DNA from: an uncultured Thermoplasmata archaeon
GTDB taxonomy: Archaea; Thermoplasmatota; Thermoplasmata; UBA10834
Length of the DNA stretch: 64,000 nucleotides
Reading direction: 5' to 3'
Assembly: GCA_964488505.1 (NCBI GenBank)
Contig: CAZAUI010000003.1
Coordinates: 30,221 to 94,220, forward strand
The position numbers were made by a program, and so were the translations under genes. Under the pieces are notes generated by a model that did not search any database, was not told where the DNA came from, and saw only the letters and a list, made by a program, of their open reading frames with translations. The stretch's first letter is position 1; each line of letters opens with the position of its first letter. Below are positions 24,821 to 33,207 of the stretch, one piece after another.

Positions 24821-25593
24821 CAGAACAGTATGGACAGGCAGGTCATGGCACCGTCGCACTTCGGGAACTCGGTCATCTCGAGCACGACGACATCCACGCC
24901 CGCTCCTTCCAGGAGCGTCTTCGTCCCGGGGTAACCTGCGGGCATCACGACGGTCCCGTTCACGGACAGCACGTTCGCAGCGTACTCCTCGCCCTCGGGC
25001 ACGATCAGCTTCTGAAGGCCCTCGAACGGGGCCTTGTCTGCGAACGCCTTCGTGACGAGGACGGTCCCGTCCCGTATGTGGCTCACATGGCTCTTGAGGT
25101 GCATGATCGCGGGGTCGGACACGGTGTCCACCCTCACCTCGAGCCAGTCGGCGAGCTGGCGTACGCCCTCCTCGTTGGTCCTCTTCGTGAGGCCGCTTAC
25201 CAGCCTGTCGTGCAGGTGCAGCACGTCCCCGCCCTCGACCGTCGCGGGTCCGACCGCTCTCCTGACATGCAGCCGGCCAGAGAGCGCGGCCTCGACTGAC
25301 ACCACCTCTCCCCTCCTGCTCTCCTCCGCGGGCCTACAGACCAACGCCTTGCCGCCATGGACCACCGCGGTGTCCTCGACGAAACAGGAGTCCGCGTGCT
25401 CGTCGTCCCTGTCCAGCCTTATGACATCGATCCCGAGGTCCTCGAGCGTCTCGACGTAAAACCCGTGCTGTTCCCTGGCCCGCGTGACATCGACCGTGTG
25501 CACCATGGGATGGGTCGAGATGCACCTGGAGAACCTCTCTCCCGGTTCGCGGACAATCGCCCTCCTGACCGCCATGCGCCCACTCCGAGTCAC
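24820..25593 (-). CDS. Dimethylarginine dimethylaminohydrolase (DDAH)/amidinotransferase-fold enzyme
   Basis: 257 aa. DSCFVEDTAVV, HLKSHVS, C-terminal FPKCDGAMTCLSILF (catalytic Cys context). The ATG overlaps the upstream stop (ATGA). Confidence 0.7.
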   Translation of the reverse strand: MTRSGRMAVRRAIVREPGERFSRCISTHPMVHTVDVTRAREQHGFYVETLEDLGIDVIRLDRDDEHADSCFVEDTAVVHGGKALVCRPAEESRRGEVVSVEAALSGRLHVRRAVGPATVEGGDVLHLHDRLVSGLTKRTNEEGVRQLADWLEVRVDTVSDPAIMHLKSHVSHIRDGTVLVTKAFADKAPFEGLQKLIVPEGEEYAANVLSVNGTVVMPAGYPGTKTLLEGAGVDVVVLEMTEFPKCDGAMTCLSILF

Positions 25594-26231
25594 TGGCGCA
25601 TGTGTATGGCCATCGCCGCGCCGATGATGGCGGCGTACCCCTCGATCTCGCGTATCACTATGGAATGGGGGAACTCGTTGCCCACGGTGCCGGAATACTC
25701 GATCCAGCCCAGAAGGGTCTTCCCCGGTCCCAGTATGAGCGTGTCTATGAAGTCCGCCTCGAGCGTCTCGCCGGTCGTGGTCCTCGTCGACCCTAGGAGC
25801 ACGGGCCTCTGGACCAGGCGCTTCTCATCCTCGCTGTAGAGCGGGTTCTCCTCCTGCAGGTAGACCCTGGTCACGTCTGAGACCTCCCCGAACTTGTAGG
25901 TCCCGCAGGACGGCTCGAAGTCCTCGAGCCTGTACGTCCGCTTCTTCTGCCGCTCCCACACGTCCGGGCGCATGCCGGACATGACCGTGTATCTGAACAG
26001 GCCGTCGTTCTTGCCCTTGATGCCTATCATGACCCACTTGAGCTTGAACTGCCTCTGAATGAGGTCCGAGGCTTCCTGTATCACGTCGACTATGTTGAGC
26101 TGCTGCTTGTGGAAGTGCATCGCGAGGGATGTGATGCCTTCGACCGCCCTGGACCCGGGCTCGTGCTTGACCCTGACATAGTCGAACCTGAGCCTCCTCT
26201 TGACGGTCTCGATGTCCGATGCGCCCATCAT
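25590..26231 (-). CDS. Hypothetical protein, possibly a stand-alone GAF-like domain
   Basis: 213 aa with host-like codon usage. The alternating strand/helix pattern and DTLILGPGKTLLGWIEYSG are reminiscent of GAF. Weak assignment. Confidence 0.4.
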   Translation of the reverse strand: MMGASDIETVKRRLRFDYVRVKHEPGSRAVEGITSLAMHFHKQQLNIVDVIQEASDLIQRQFKLKWVMIGIKGKNDGLFRYTVMSGMRPDVWERQKKRTYRLEDFEPSCGTYKFGEVSDVTRVYLQEENPLYSEDEKRLVQRPVLLGSTRTTTGETLEADFIDTLILGPGKTLLGWIEYSGTVGNEFPHSIVIREIEGYAAIIGAAMAIHMRQ

Positions 26232-26300
26232 GTTTAGGACCTCCTGAACGGGATAGTTCGCTCGACCACTTGAATTGTTGCCTGAGGGATGGCCCGGACC

Positions 26301-27293
26301 TCAATTCTTCATGGCCACGTAGATGTCCGCCTCGACGATCTCTCCGTCGACGATGAAGTGGTGCACGAAGTACAGGTTCCCCTCCGCGTCGAAGGTGCAC
26401 TCGCCGGCGAAGTTCGACACGATCTCCTCAGGCGCGCCCCAGGTGCCGTTCTCCTGCAAGATGCACCTGAATATCGCAGGGCCGGTGTAGTTCTGCCCCA
26501 GCCTGCTGTCCGCGGTGAACCAGAGCTCGGAGCCGTCCGGGCTCACATACGGAAATCCCTCGTCCGCGTCGTCCGTGCTGACGCCTTCGACGCGCACGGG
26601 CGTCGACCACTGGTCGCCGACCTTGACCGTGCTCCAGATGTCCATGCTGTCGTCGGTGTCCCACGAGCCGGTGTGGAAGTACATCATGGTGCCGTTGGGC
26701 ATCAGGTGGAACTCGCCTATGTCGTAGTCCACGTTGAGTTGCTCGCCCGCGTTCTCCACGCTGCCCCACACGCCTTCCTCGTACTGCGCCGTGAAGACGT
26801 CGATCTCGCCGTAATTGCCCGCCCTGACGGATGCGAACCAAAGGGTCGTGCCCACACAGCACTGGGCCCCCTCGAGGGACACATCGTCGTTGAGTATGAT
26901 CTTCTCCGGGGGAGTCCAGTCGTCGTTGATGAACCTGGTCCACCAGATACCGGTGACTCCGTCCGTGAGCTGCTCTTCCACGGGCACGCTCGCGTCCGGC
27001 GTGAAGAAGAAGAAGAACCAGTCGCCGTCCTCGGTGATGTACGGGCTGTCCTCCGCTCCGGCCGTGTTGATCGGCCCGTCCCACGGTATCGGCTGGTCCC
27101 ACTCGTCGGAGTGGACCACCGGCAGGAACAGGTCGTCCTCAGGCGTCATCTTGACCGCGGTGGCCGGTATCGCCGCCAATCGGTCCTCGTCCGTCACTGG
27201 TGCAGGTCCTCTCGGCTGCGTGATGAATATCACGGCGATCAGGAACAGAGCCACGACTGCCACGACAACTGCTATCTTGACCCCTCTAGACAT
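26301..27293 (-). CDS. Membrane-anchored TolB-like/PD40-type beta-propeller protein
   Basis: N-terminal TM (IAVVVAVVALFLIAVIFI). Repeated modules ...SPYITEDGDWFFF..., ...LWFAS.R.G..GEIDVF..., ...HLMPNGTMMYFH..., ...PYVSPDGSELWFT.... Confidence 0.5.
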   Translation of the reverse strand: MSRGVKIAVVVAVVALFLIAVIFITQPRGPAPVTDEDRLAAIPATAVKMTPEDDLFLPVVHSDEWDQPIPWDGPINTAGAEDSPYITEDGDWFFFFFTPDASVPVEEQLTDGVTGIWWTRFINDDWTPPEKIILNDDVSLEGAQCCVGTTLWFASVRAGNYGEIDVFTAQYEEGVWGSVENAGEQLNVDYDIGEFHLMPNGTMMYFHTGSWDTDDSMDIWSTVKVGDQWSTPVRVEGVSTDDADEGFPYVSPDGSELWFTADSRLGQNYTGPAIFRCILQENGTWGAPEEIVSNFAGECTFDAEGNLYFVHHFIVDGEIVEADIYVAMKN

Positions 27294-27357
27294 GGTGCAT
27301 CCTCAGCAGGGGAGGTGCTTCGCAGGTAAAAATAGTTGACTGGAGCCTTGGCCCCCA

Positions 27358-29328
27358 TCATGCCTGTTCTGTCATGACAGGGGTGTCAGAGCGCTTGTCA
27401 GTCTCCTCCTGGCTGCCCCTCCGGCTCATGTTCGGATACGACCTCACGTCCCTGACTGCGCGCTCTGCCCTGTCAAGGAACGCGAACGCGGTGCCGCACA
27501 CGGCGAGGACCCCCAAAGCCGGGACGACGATCAGGTGCCAGCCCCCGTCGATTACTACGACAAGTTGGTTGACCCAGTCTGCCGTGATTTCACCCCAGTC
27601 GTAGGTGTCGCCGCTTCCTGTGATTATGGCATTGGCGAACGCTGTCAATATTATGAGCGGGACTGCGAACTTGGCCACCGATAGTGATTCGGACAGCAAG
27701 GTCGGTGCCATCGCTCCGACCTGCATCTTCGTCTTGGAGGCCGACCCCGCCGCCCTTACCGGGCGCACGATGAGTGGCCAAGCCAATACGTAGAATGCCA
27801 GGACAAGGGTGAACAGTATGCCCAAGTCCCAATTGTCGAAGGAGTACCATCTCATCGCCAATACGACCAGCAGAGGAATCGCCACGAAAGCCCGCGCGAA
27901 TGCCGTGAGAAGGAAGTCCAGCACCCTTGCAGGCAACCCTCTGACGGAAGCAGTGCGCGCCGCTACCGCCCCCATGACGTAGCCGAGTGCGACAGTGGAC
28001 AGGATCAGCGCGACCATCACTGTGGCCGTGTAGCGGGTCGCGTAGAGCATCAAGCTGTACACATCCCTGCCAAACATGTCGGTCCCGAGCAGGTGCACCA
28101 AGCCTGTGATGGGCGACCTCTCAAGCGACGGCGGGAGCGGGAAGGACTCCCGATTCTCCCAGGATACTTGGATGGGGATCTCGGCGGGGTCGGACACGGT
28201 CGCGAGGACTGGCGCAAGGGCGCCCACTGCGAGCAAGGCCGCGAGCAGGATTGCGGAGACGATGCCCATTCTGCTCGATTTGAACGAATTCCAGAGTGAT
28301 ACGACCCACGGTCCCAATCCCTCGGCGGAACGGGTCGGAAGCGGCACAGGGCGCACCACATCTCCCCGTCCCCAGTCTCTCAGCGCCTCCTGTGCCCCAA
28401 TTCTCGCCAGGAGGTGCAGTGACAAGCTCACGGTCGTTCCGAACAAGAGCACTATCATGGGCACGAAGAGCGTCGTGGCCATCAGGAGCGCGATGTCCCT
28501 CGTGTACAGTGATTCGAGCATCCTCTCACCCAGACCTCCGTACAGGAAAGTCATATCAACGACGAGGACGACTGCCATCGTCCATGCGACATGGAGATGA
28601 GCCACTGGCCTCATCCGCGCCAGGCCTGAAGCGAAGTTCGTGAGCCTCGGTCCTTTGACCGGCCCGGAGGTTTCCGACTTCGCCAATCCCTCCCTGAAGA
28701 CCATGACCGCCAATGGTATGCTCGACAGCAGGATGGCCGTGACGGGCAGGATTGCCCTCTTGATTATCGAATACGCGAGGCTCTCGCCGTCCAAGTGGGT
28801 ATTCCCGTCGTGGAACATGGGCAGTTCCAGATCCCAGGCTACGTTCACCTTCGCCATGAAGAGCGCTACCAAGGTCGCGGGGATGCACAGCCCTGCGAGC
28901 GCCGTCCCGTGGACTGCCAGGGCACGCAACTTGGCCTTGCCGCTCCGCGCAATCCTTTCGAGCAGCGCGCCGATCATGAGCGACCCCAGGACGCCGATGG
29001 TCAGAAGTACAAAGGTGTTCCAGGTCGAGTGCCAGATGAAGTCGGCTATCTCGACGTCCGACACGAGCCTCTCGCGCAGGTCTCCAGTGAGCGTGTCCGC
29101 GATGTAGTCGACGTATTGCACGAGCAGCGAGTCGTTCAGGCGTGCGTCCTCGATGAATTTCCAGTACTGGGGAGTGGGACCATATGGGCCGTAGATGATT
29201 CCAGACGGATCTCCCGGGGAGATCATGTGTGCGGCGAAGTTCAATGACAGTATAAGAAAAGCGGCCAGCATGACCGACGCGCACTTCCTCAAGACTCCGG
29301 ACATGACACTCTTAGTGTCGCCCCACAC
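27358..29328 (-). CDS. Fused OppB-like + OppC-like peptide/nickel ABC permease
   Basis: 656 aa. The N-half begins like DppB/OppB (LILSLNFAAHMISPGDPSG). The C-half carries the OppC-type HLLGTDMFGRDVYSLMLYATRYT. About 12 TM. Confidence 0.7.
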   Translation of the reverse strand: MWGDTKSVMSGVLRKCASVMLAAFLILSLNFAAHMISPGDPSGIIYGPYGPTPQYWKFIEDARLNDSLLVQYVDYIADTLTGDLRERLVSDVEIADFIWHSTWNTFVLLTIGVLGSLMIGALLERIARSGKAKLRALAVHGTALAGLCIPATLVALFMAKVNVAWDLELPMFHDGNTHLDGESLAYSIIKRAILPVTAILLSSIPLAVMVFREGLAKSETSGPVKGPRLTNFASGLARMRPVAHLHVAWTMAVVLVVDMTFLYGGLGERMLESLYTRDIALLMATTLFVPMIVLLFGTTVSLSLHLLARIGAQEALRDWGRGDVVRPVPLPTRSAEGLGPWVVSLWNSFKSSRMGIVSAILLAALLAVGALAPVLATVSDPAEIPIQVSWENRESFPLPPSLERSPITGLVHLLGTDMFGRDVYSLMLYATRYTATVMVALILSTVALGYVMGAVAARTASVRGLPARVLDFLLTAFARAFVAIPLLVVLAMRWYSFDNWDLGILFTLVLAFYVLAWPLIVRPVRAAGSASKTKMQVGAMAPTLLSESLSVAKFAVPLIILTAFANAIITGSGDTYDWGEITADWVNQLVVVIDGGWHLIVVPALGVLAVCGTAFAFLDRAERAVRDVRSYPNMSRRGSQEETDKRSDTPVMTEQA

Positions 29329-29468
29329 CTCGCCACGACCCCGAGTTTAAGATGTACTCGTCGCTATATAACTCCCCTCAGGCGATGTCCGGCGCCCCGG
29401 AAAGACTAATGCGCCGTCCGGCGTTTCAGGCTTCGTATCCGGCCAACCGGTACGGAGGCGTGAAGCTC

Positions 29469-30467
29469 ATGGTTGAGAGGTCGAAGGTGCTCGTACTGAC
29501 CAAGGAGGACATCGAGTCAATGGTGACTATGGAGGATGCGATAGCTGCCGTCGAGGAGGGCTTCAAGGCGTTCAACTCGGACAAGGCGGTCGTGCCGTTC
29601 CCGGTCGCGCTCAACATCCCCGACGGCCACGGGGACATACACATCAAGCCCGGGTACATGACGGGCTCGTCCTCCTACACGGTCAAGATAGCATCGGGCT
29701 TCTACGACAACCCCGGACGCGGCCTTCCGGTCAGCCACGGGATGCTTCTTCTGTTCGATTCCAGGACCGGGCATCCCGTCTGCTTCGAGGTCGACAGGTG
29801 CTTCCTGACCGACCTTAGGACCGCGGCTGCGGGGGCCGTCGCCGCCAAGGTGCTGGCGAAGAGGAAGGTCTCGAAGGTCGCGGTCATAGGGACGGGCACC
29901 CAGGCCAGGCTCCAGGCTGTCGCCCTGAGCAAGGTCAGGGATTTCGACGAGCTCAGGGTCTGGGGCAGGGACCGTGCGAAGGCCGAGGCCTATGCCTCGG
30001 AGATGGCAAGGACCCTGGGTGTGACTGTCATCGCCACCGAGACGGCCGAGGACGCCGTCAGGGGCAGCGAGGTCGTGATCACAGCGACGATGAGCACATC
30101 CCCCGTGGTCAAGGTGGAATGGGTCTCCGGCGGGACCCACATAACCGCGATGGGCTCCGACGAGTCGGGGAAGCAGGAGCTGGACACCCGGATACTGGCC
30201 AGGGCCGACAAGGTCGTCGTCGACAGCCTGAAGCAGTGCGCCAGGCTCGGGGAGGTCCATCACGCGCTCGAGGACGGCAGCATGAAGGAGGAGGACGTTC
30301 ACGCCGAGCTGGGCGAGGTCCTCCTGGGGAAGAAGCCCGGGAGGGAGTCGGACAAGGAGGTCACGGTGTGCGACCTCACGGGCATCGCTATACAGGACGT
30401 CGCTATCTCACAGTTCGTATACGAGAAGGCGAAGAGGTCCGGCAAGGGCTTCTTCATCGAGGTGTAA
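29469..30467 (+). CDS. Ornithine cyclodeaminase/mu-crystallin family NAD(P) enzyme (could be archaeal-type alanine dehydrogenase)
   Basis: MVERSKVLVLTKEDIESMVTMEDAIAAVEEGF, Rossmann VAVIGTGTQARLQ, THITAMGSD. ATG 29469 has GGAGG 10 nt upstream. The ORF track start 29352 adds a non-homologous extension. Confidence 0.75.
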   Translation: MVERSKVLVLTKEDIESMVTMEDAIAAVEEGFKAFNSDKAVVPFPVALNIPDGHGDIHIKPGYMTGSSSYTVKIASGFYDNPGRGLPVSHGMLLLFDSRTGHPVCFEVDRCFLTDLRTAAAGAVAAKVLAKRKVSKVAVIGTGTQARLQAVALSKVRDFDELRVWGRDRAKAEAYASEMARTLGVTVIATETAEDAVRGSEVVITATMSTSPVVKVEWVSGGTHITAMGSDESGKQELDTRILARADKVVVDSLKQCARLGEVHHALEDGSMKEEDVHAELGEVLLGKKPGRESDKEVTVCDLTGIAIQDVAISQFVYEKAKRSGKGFFIEV

Positions 30468-30473
30468 TCGACC

Positions 30474-31427
30474 ATGGAGCAGGGTTTCGACGCTGTGGAT
30501 GTGCTGAGGGCCCGGAAGGCAATCGCTGGGGCGGCCGAGAGGACGCCCCTGACGCACTCGAGGGGACTGAGCGAGGCCTCCGGCGCGGAGGTCTACATCA
30601 AATGGGAGAACCTGCAGAAGACGGGTTCGTACAAGGTCCGGGGAGCGCTGTACCGGATGAGCCTCCTCTCCGGCGAGGAGAGGAGGAAGGGCGTGATTAC
30701 GGCGTCCGCAGGCAACTGGGCCCTCGGGGTCGCGCTCGGGGCGAAGAGCCTCGGCATATCTGCGACCATATGCGTGCCCGCGAACACGCCGAAGGTGAAG
30801 GTCAGCAAGTGCCAGGCGCTCGGCGCGGAGGTCGTCCTCAAAGGGAGCTACTTCGACGAGGCCTTCGCGCATTGTCAGGAGCTCGCGAAAGGGGGCGGGA
30901 AGACCTTCGTGTCAGGAACGGATGACTTCAACGTGATGGCGGGACACGGCACTGTGGGCCTCGAGATACTGGAGGACCTCCCTGACGTAGATGCGATAGT
31001 GTGCCCTGTCGGCGGCGGAGGGCTGCTCTCCGGCATCGCCACATGGGCCAAGACGGTGAATCCGGGGACCAGGATAGTGGGCGCGCAGTCGACGGCCGCG
31101 TACACCCTGCACGAGTGCTACAAGGCCGGGAAGCTGGTCGAGGTCCCCGTGCCCCCGACGATATGCGAGGGCCTCGCAGGTGGCATCACGCAGCTCAACC
31201 TGGACCTCGCGCTGAAGTGGTTCGACGACATCGTGCTCGCAGAGGAGGACCGGCTCAAGGATGCCATCCTTTGGCTGATGAGGAACGAGCGGCAGATAGT
31301 CGAGGGCTCCGCCGCGGTCGGGCCGGCTGCGATACTGCAAGGGAAGGTCCGGTTCGACAAGGGCAGCAAGGTCGCGGTGGTGGTCTCCGGCGGGAACATC
31401 GACCTCGACAGGCTCGGGATCGCTTAG
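30474..31427 (+). CDS. Threonine/serine dehydratase-type PLP enzyme (fold type II, no ACT domain)
   Basis: YIKWENLQKTGSYKVRGA (PLP Lys), GVITASAGNWALGVALGAKSLGISATICVPANTP, VCPVGGGGLLSG. 317 aa. Lies 6 nt after the OCD-family gene. Confidence 0.8.
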   Translation: MEQGFDAVDVLRARKAIAGAAERTPLTHSRGLSEASGAEVYIKWENLQKTGSYKVRGALYRMSLLSGEERRKGVITASAGNWALGVALGAKSLGISATICVPANTPKVKVSKCQALGAEVVLKGSYFDEAFAHCQELAKGGGKTFVSGTDDFNVMAGHGTVGLEILEDLPDVDAIVCPVGGGGLLSGIATWAKTVNPGTRIVGAQSTAAYTLHECYKAGKLVEVPVPPTICEGLAGGITQLNLDLALKWFDDIVLAEEDRLKDAILWLMRNERQIVEGSAAVGPAAILQGKVRFDKGSKVAVVVSGGNIDLDRLGIA

Positions 31428-31467
31428 CCGCGGAGTCACGGTCAGGCGGAAAGGTATTATTCTCCTG

Positions 31468-32130
31468 GTGGACAATCAAGTGGCGATGGACAGTACCGTC
31501 GAATGCCCGCACTGCGGCGCTGCCAACCCCGGAGACGCCGGCAAGTGCAGGTCGTGCGGCAAGATGATCCCTCACGAGCATGTGCCGTCTCCGGGCTCCC
31601 GCGTGTGCGCGCACTGTGGACAGCCTCTCCCGGAAGGAGCGGAACTGTGCAACGCGTGCACGAGGCCTGTCAGGGAGGTCGTGATGAGCAACCTCCCGAA
31701 GGAGGTCGGCGAGACCGAGTGCGTCCACTGGTCCGAGAAACCCGCGGCCTCCGGCAGGTCCGCGAGGGTCGCCATGGCCGGCATCCTCGTGCTGATGGCC
31801 GGGGCGCTCGGGATAGGCCAGGCGGTGGTCGCCCTGGACCCTGAGCTCAGCGAGTCTTTCGTGAGCGCGATCGAAGGTATGCTGCCGATGAGCGAGACCG
31901 TGGACGATTGGGTCGCGGAGTACGTGGTCCTTCAGGCGTGGACGTTCCTCGCCGGCCTGGTCGCCATCGCGGGCGGCGTGTTCGCGCTCACGGGGACGCG
32001 TTACGAACTCGCAGTGATCGGGGCGGTGTTCAGCGTGCTCTCGATAGGCTTCCTGCTGGGCGCCTTCCTCGGGCTGGTCGGCCTGCTGCTGATCGCCTTC
32101 TCGAGGAAGGAGTTCCTGCCAGAGTGCTAG
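31468..32130 (+). CDS. Double zinc-ribbon membrane protein
   Basis: CPHCGAANPGDAGKCRSCG and CAHCGQPLPEGAELCNAC, followed by 3-4 TM helices. GTG 31468 or ATG 31486 as start. Confidence 0.6.
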   Translation: MDNQVAMDSTVECPHCGAANPGDAGKCRSCGKMIPHEHVPSPGSRVCAHCGQPLPEGAELCNACTRPVREVVMSNLPKEVGETECVHWSEKPAASGRSARVAMAGILVLMAGALGIGQAVVALDPELSESFVSAIEGMLPMSETVDDWVAEYVVLQAWTFLAGLVAIAGGVFALTGTRYELAVIGAVFSVLSIGFLLGAFLGLVGLLLIAFSRKEFLPEC

Positions 32131-32200
32131 GCGCAACAAGAGCTAAAGGGCGGCCCGCCATTAACATGAACCGTCGGGGCGTCAACCCGGGGCGGTCATC

Positions 32201-33130
32201 ATGGGTTCTGTGACTGGGGATACGGTCTTCTTCACGATGGTTAAGACAGCTGAGGACTCGGTCCGCGCCCGACTGCTCGTCGAAAGCCTGAGGACATTCG
32301 GCGGCCCGTTCGCCGACTCGCGGGTTATGGTCTTCGCGACAGACCCTGCCGGGTCTCCTTGGACGGGACCGCAGGACGATGCGACGGAGGTCCACAACCT
32401 CGATGTCCCAGAGGGTATGAAGGGGTACATCCTCTCGGAGAAGGTCTGCGCCTGCGCCGAGGCCGAGCGATTGGCTGCGGGCACGACGGGTTCCCTCGTG
32501 TGGCTCTCATCGGACACATTGGTGGTCGCTCCGCCGGCCATGTACGAGTTGGGGCTCACGCACGACGCCGCATTCAGGCCCGTCCACATACAGAATGTCG
32601 GCCTGCCTGCGACTTCCCCCGTCGATGCGTTCTGGAGGAGGGTGTGCGACGCGGTATGGCTCTCGGACATCGACCAGCTCGTCGAATCCTTCGTCGACGG
32701 CCAGATGATAAGGGCGTACTTCAACTCCCATTCATTCTCCGTGAACCCGACTCTGGGGCTCATGGCTGCCTGGCGCGACAGTTTCGAAGAGGTCGTCAAC
32801 GACCGCGAGTTCCAGGAAGGCGCTTGCGCAGACGAGCTCCACAAGGTGTTCCTGCATCAGGCGGTCCTGAGCGCGGTCGTCGTGAAGTCCGTGCTTCCGG
32901 GGAGGCTCAGGATACTGCCCCCGGACTATTCGTACCCGTACAACCTCCACGGTTCGGTCTCGGAGGCCCGCAGGGCGAAGAGCCTGAACGACCTCGTGAC
33001 CGTCGTGTACGAAGGCCTGTCGGTGTATCCGGAGGACCTGGTGGGCATCGATGTCTCGGAGCCGCTCAGGTCATGGCTCTCTTCCAGGGTGCCTGAGGCG
33101 CGACCCAGAGACGAGGCACGCGACCACTGA
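32201..33130 (+). CDS. Hypothetical protein (no confident family; faint GT-A-like beta-alpha-beta N-terminus)
   Basis: 309 aa ORF with host-like codon usage. No motif I can name. Confidence 0.5.
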   Translation: MGSVTGDTVFFTMVKTAEDSVRARLLVESLRTFGGPFADSRVMVFATDPAGSPWTGPQDDATEVHNLDVPEGMKGYILSEKVCACAEAERLAAGTTGSLVWLSSDTLVVAPPAMYELGLTHDAAFRPVHIQNVGLPATSPVDAFWRRVCDAVWLSDIDQLVESFVDGQMIRAYFNSHSFSVNPTLGLMAAWRDSFEEVVNDREFQEGACADELHKVFLHQAVLSAVVVKSVLPGRLRILPPDYSYPYNLHGSVSEARRAKSLNDLVTVVYEGLSVYPEDLVGIDVSEPLRSWLSSRVPEARPRDEARDH

Positions 33131-33207
33131 GCTCGGACGCCTTTATCTCCGATCGCGCGCAGTCAAGCATCCACTTCGCGGGCGAGGCGTGTCGTTGGTT
33201 CCCCAGG

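Noticed and set aside
29469-31427. Calling the OCD + PLP pair an SbnA/SbnB-type 2,3-diaminopropionate synthase.
   Set aside because: The PLP enzyme has the threonine-dehydratase lysine context (SYKVRGA, GVITASAGN). SbnA/VioB have a cysteine-synthase type instead. No siderophore or NRPS genes are nearby.
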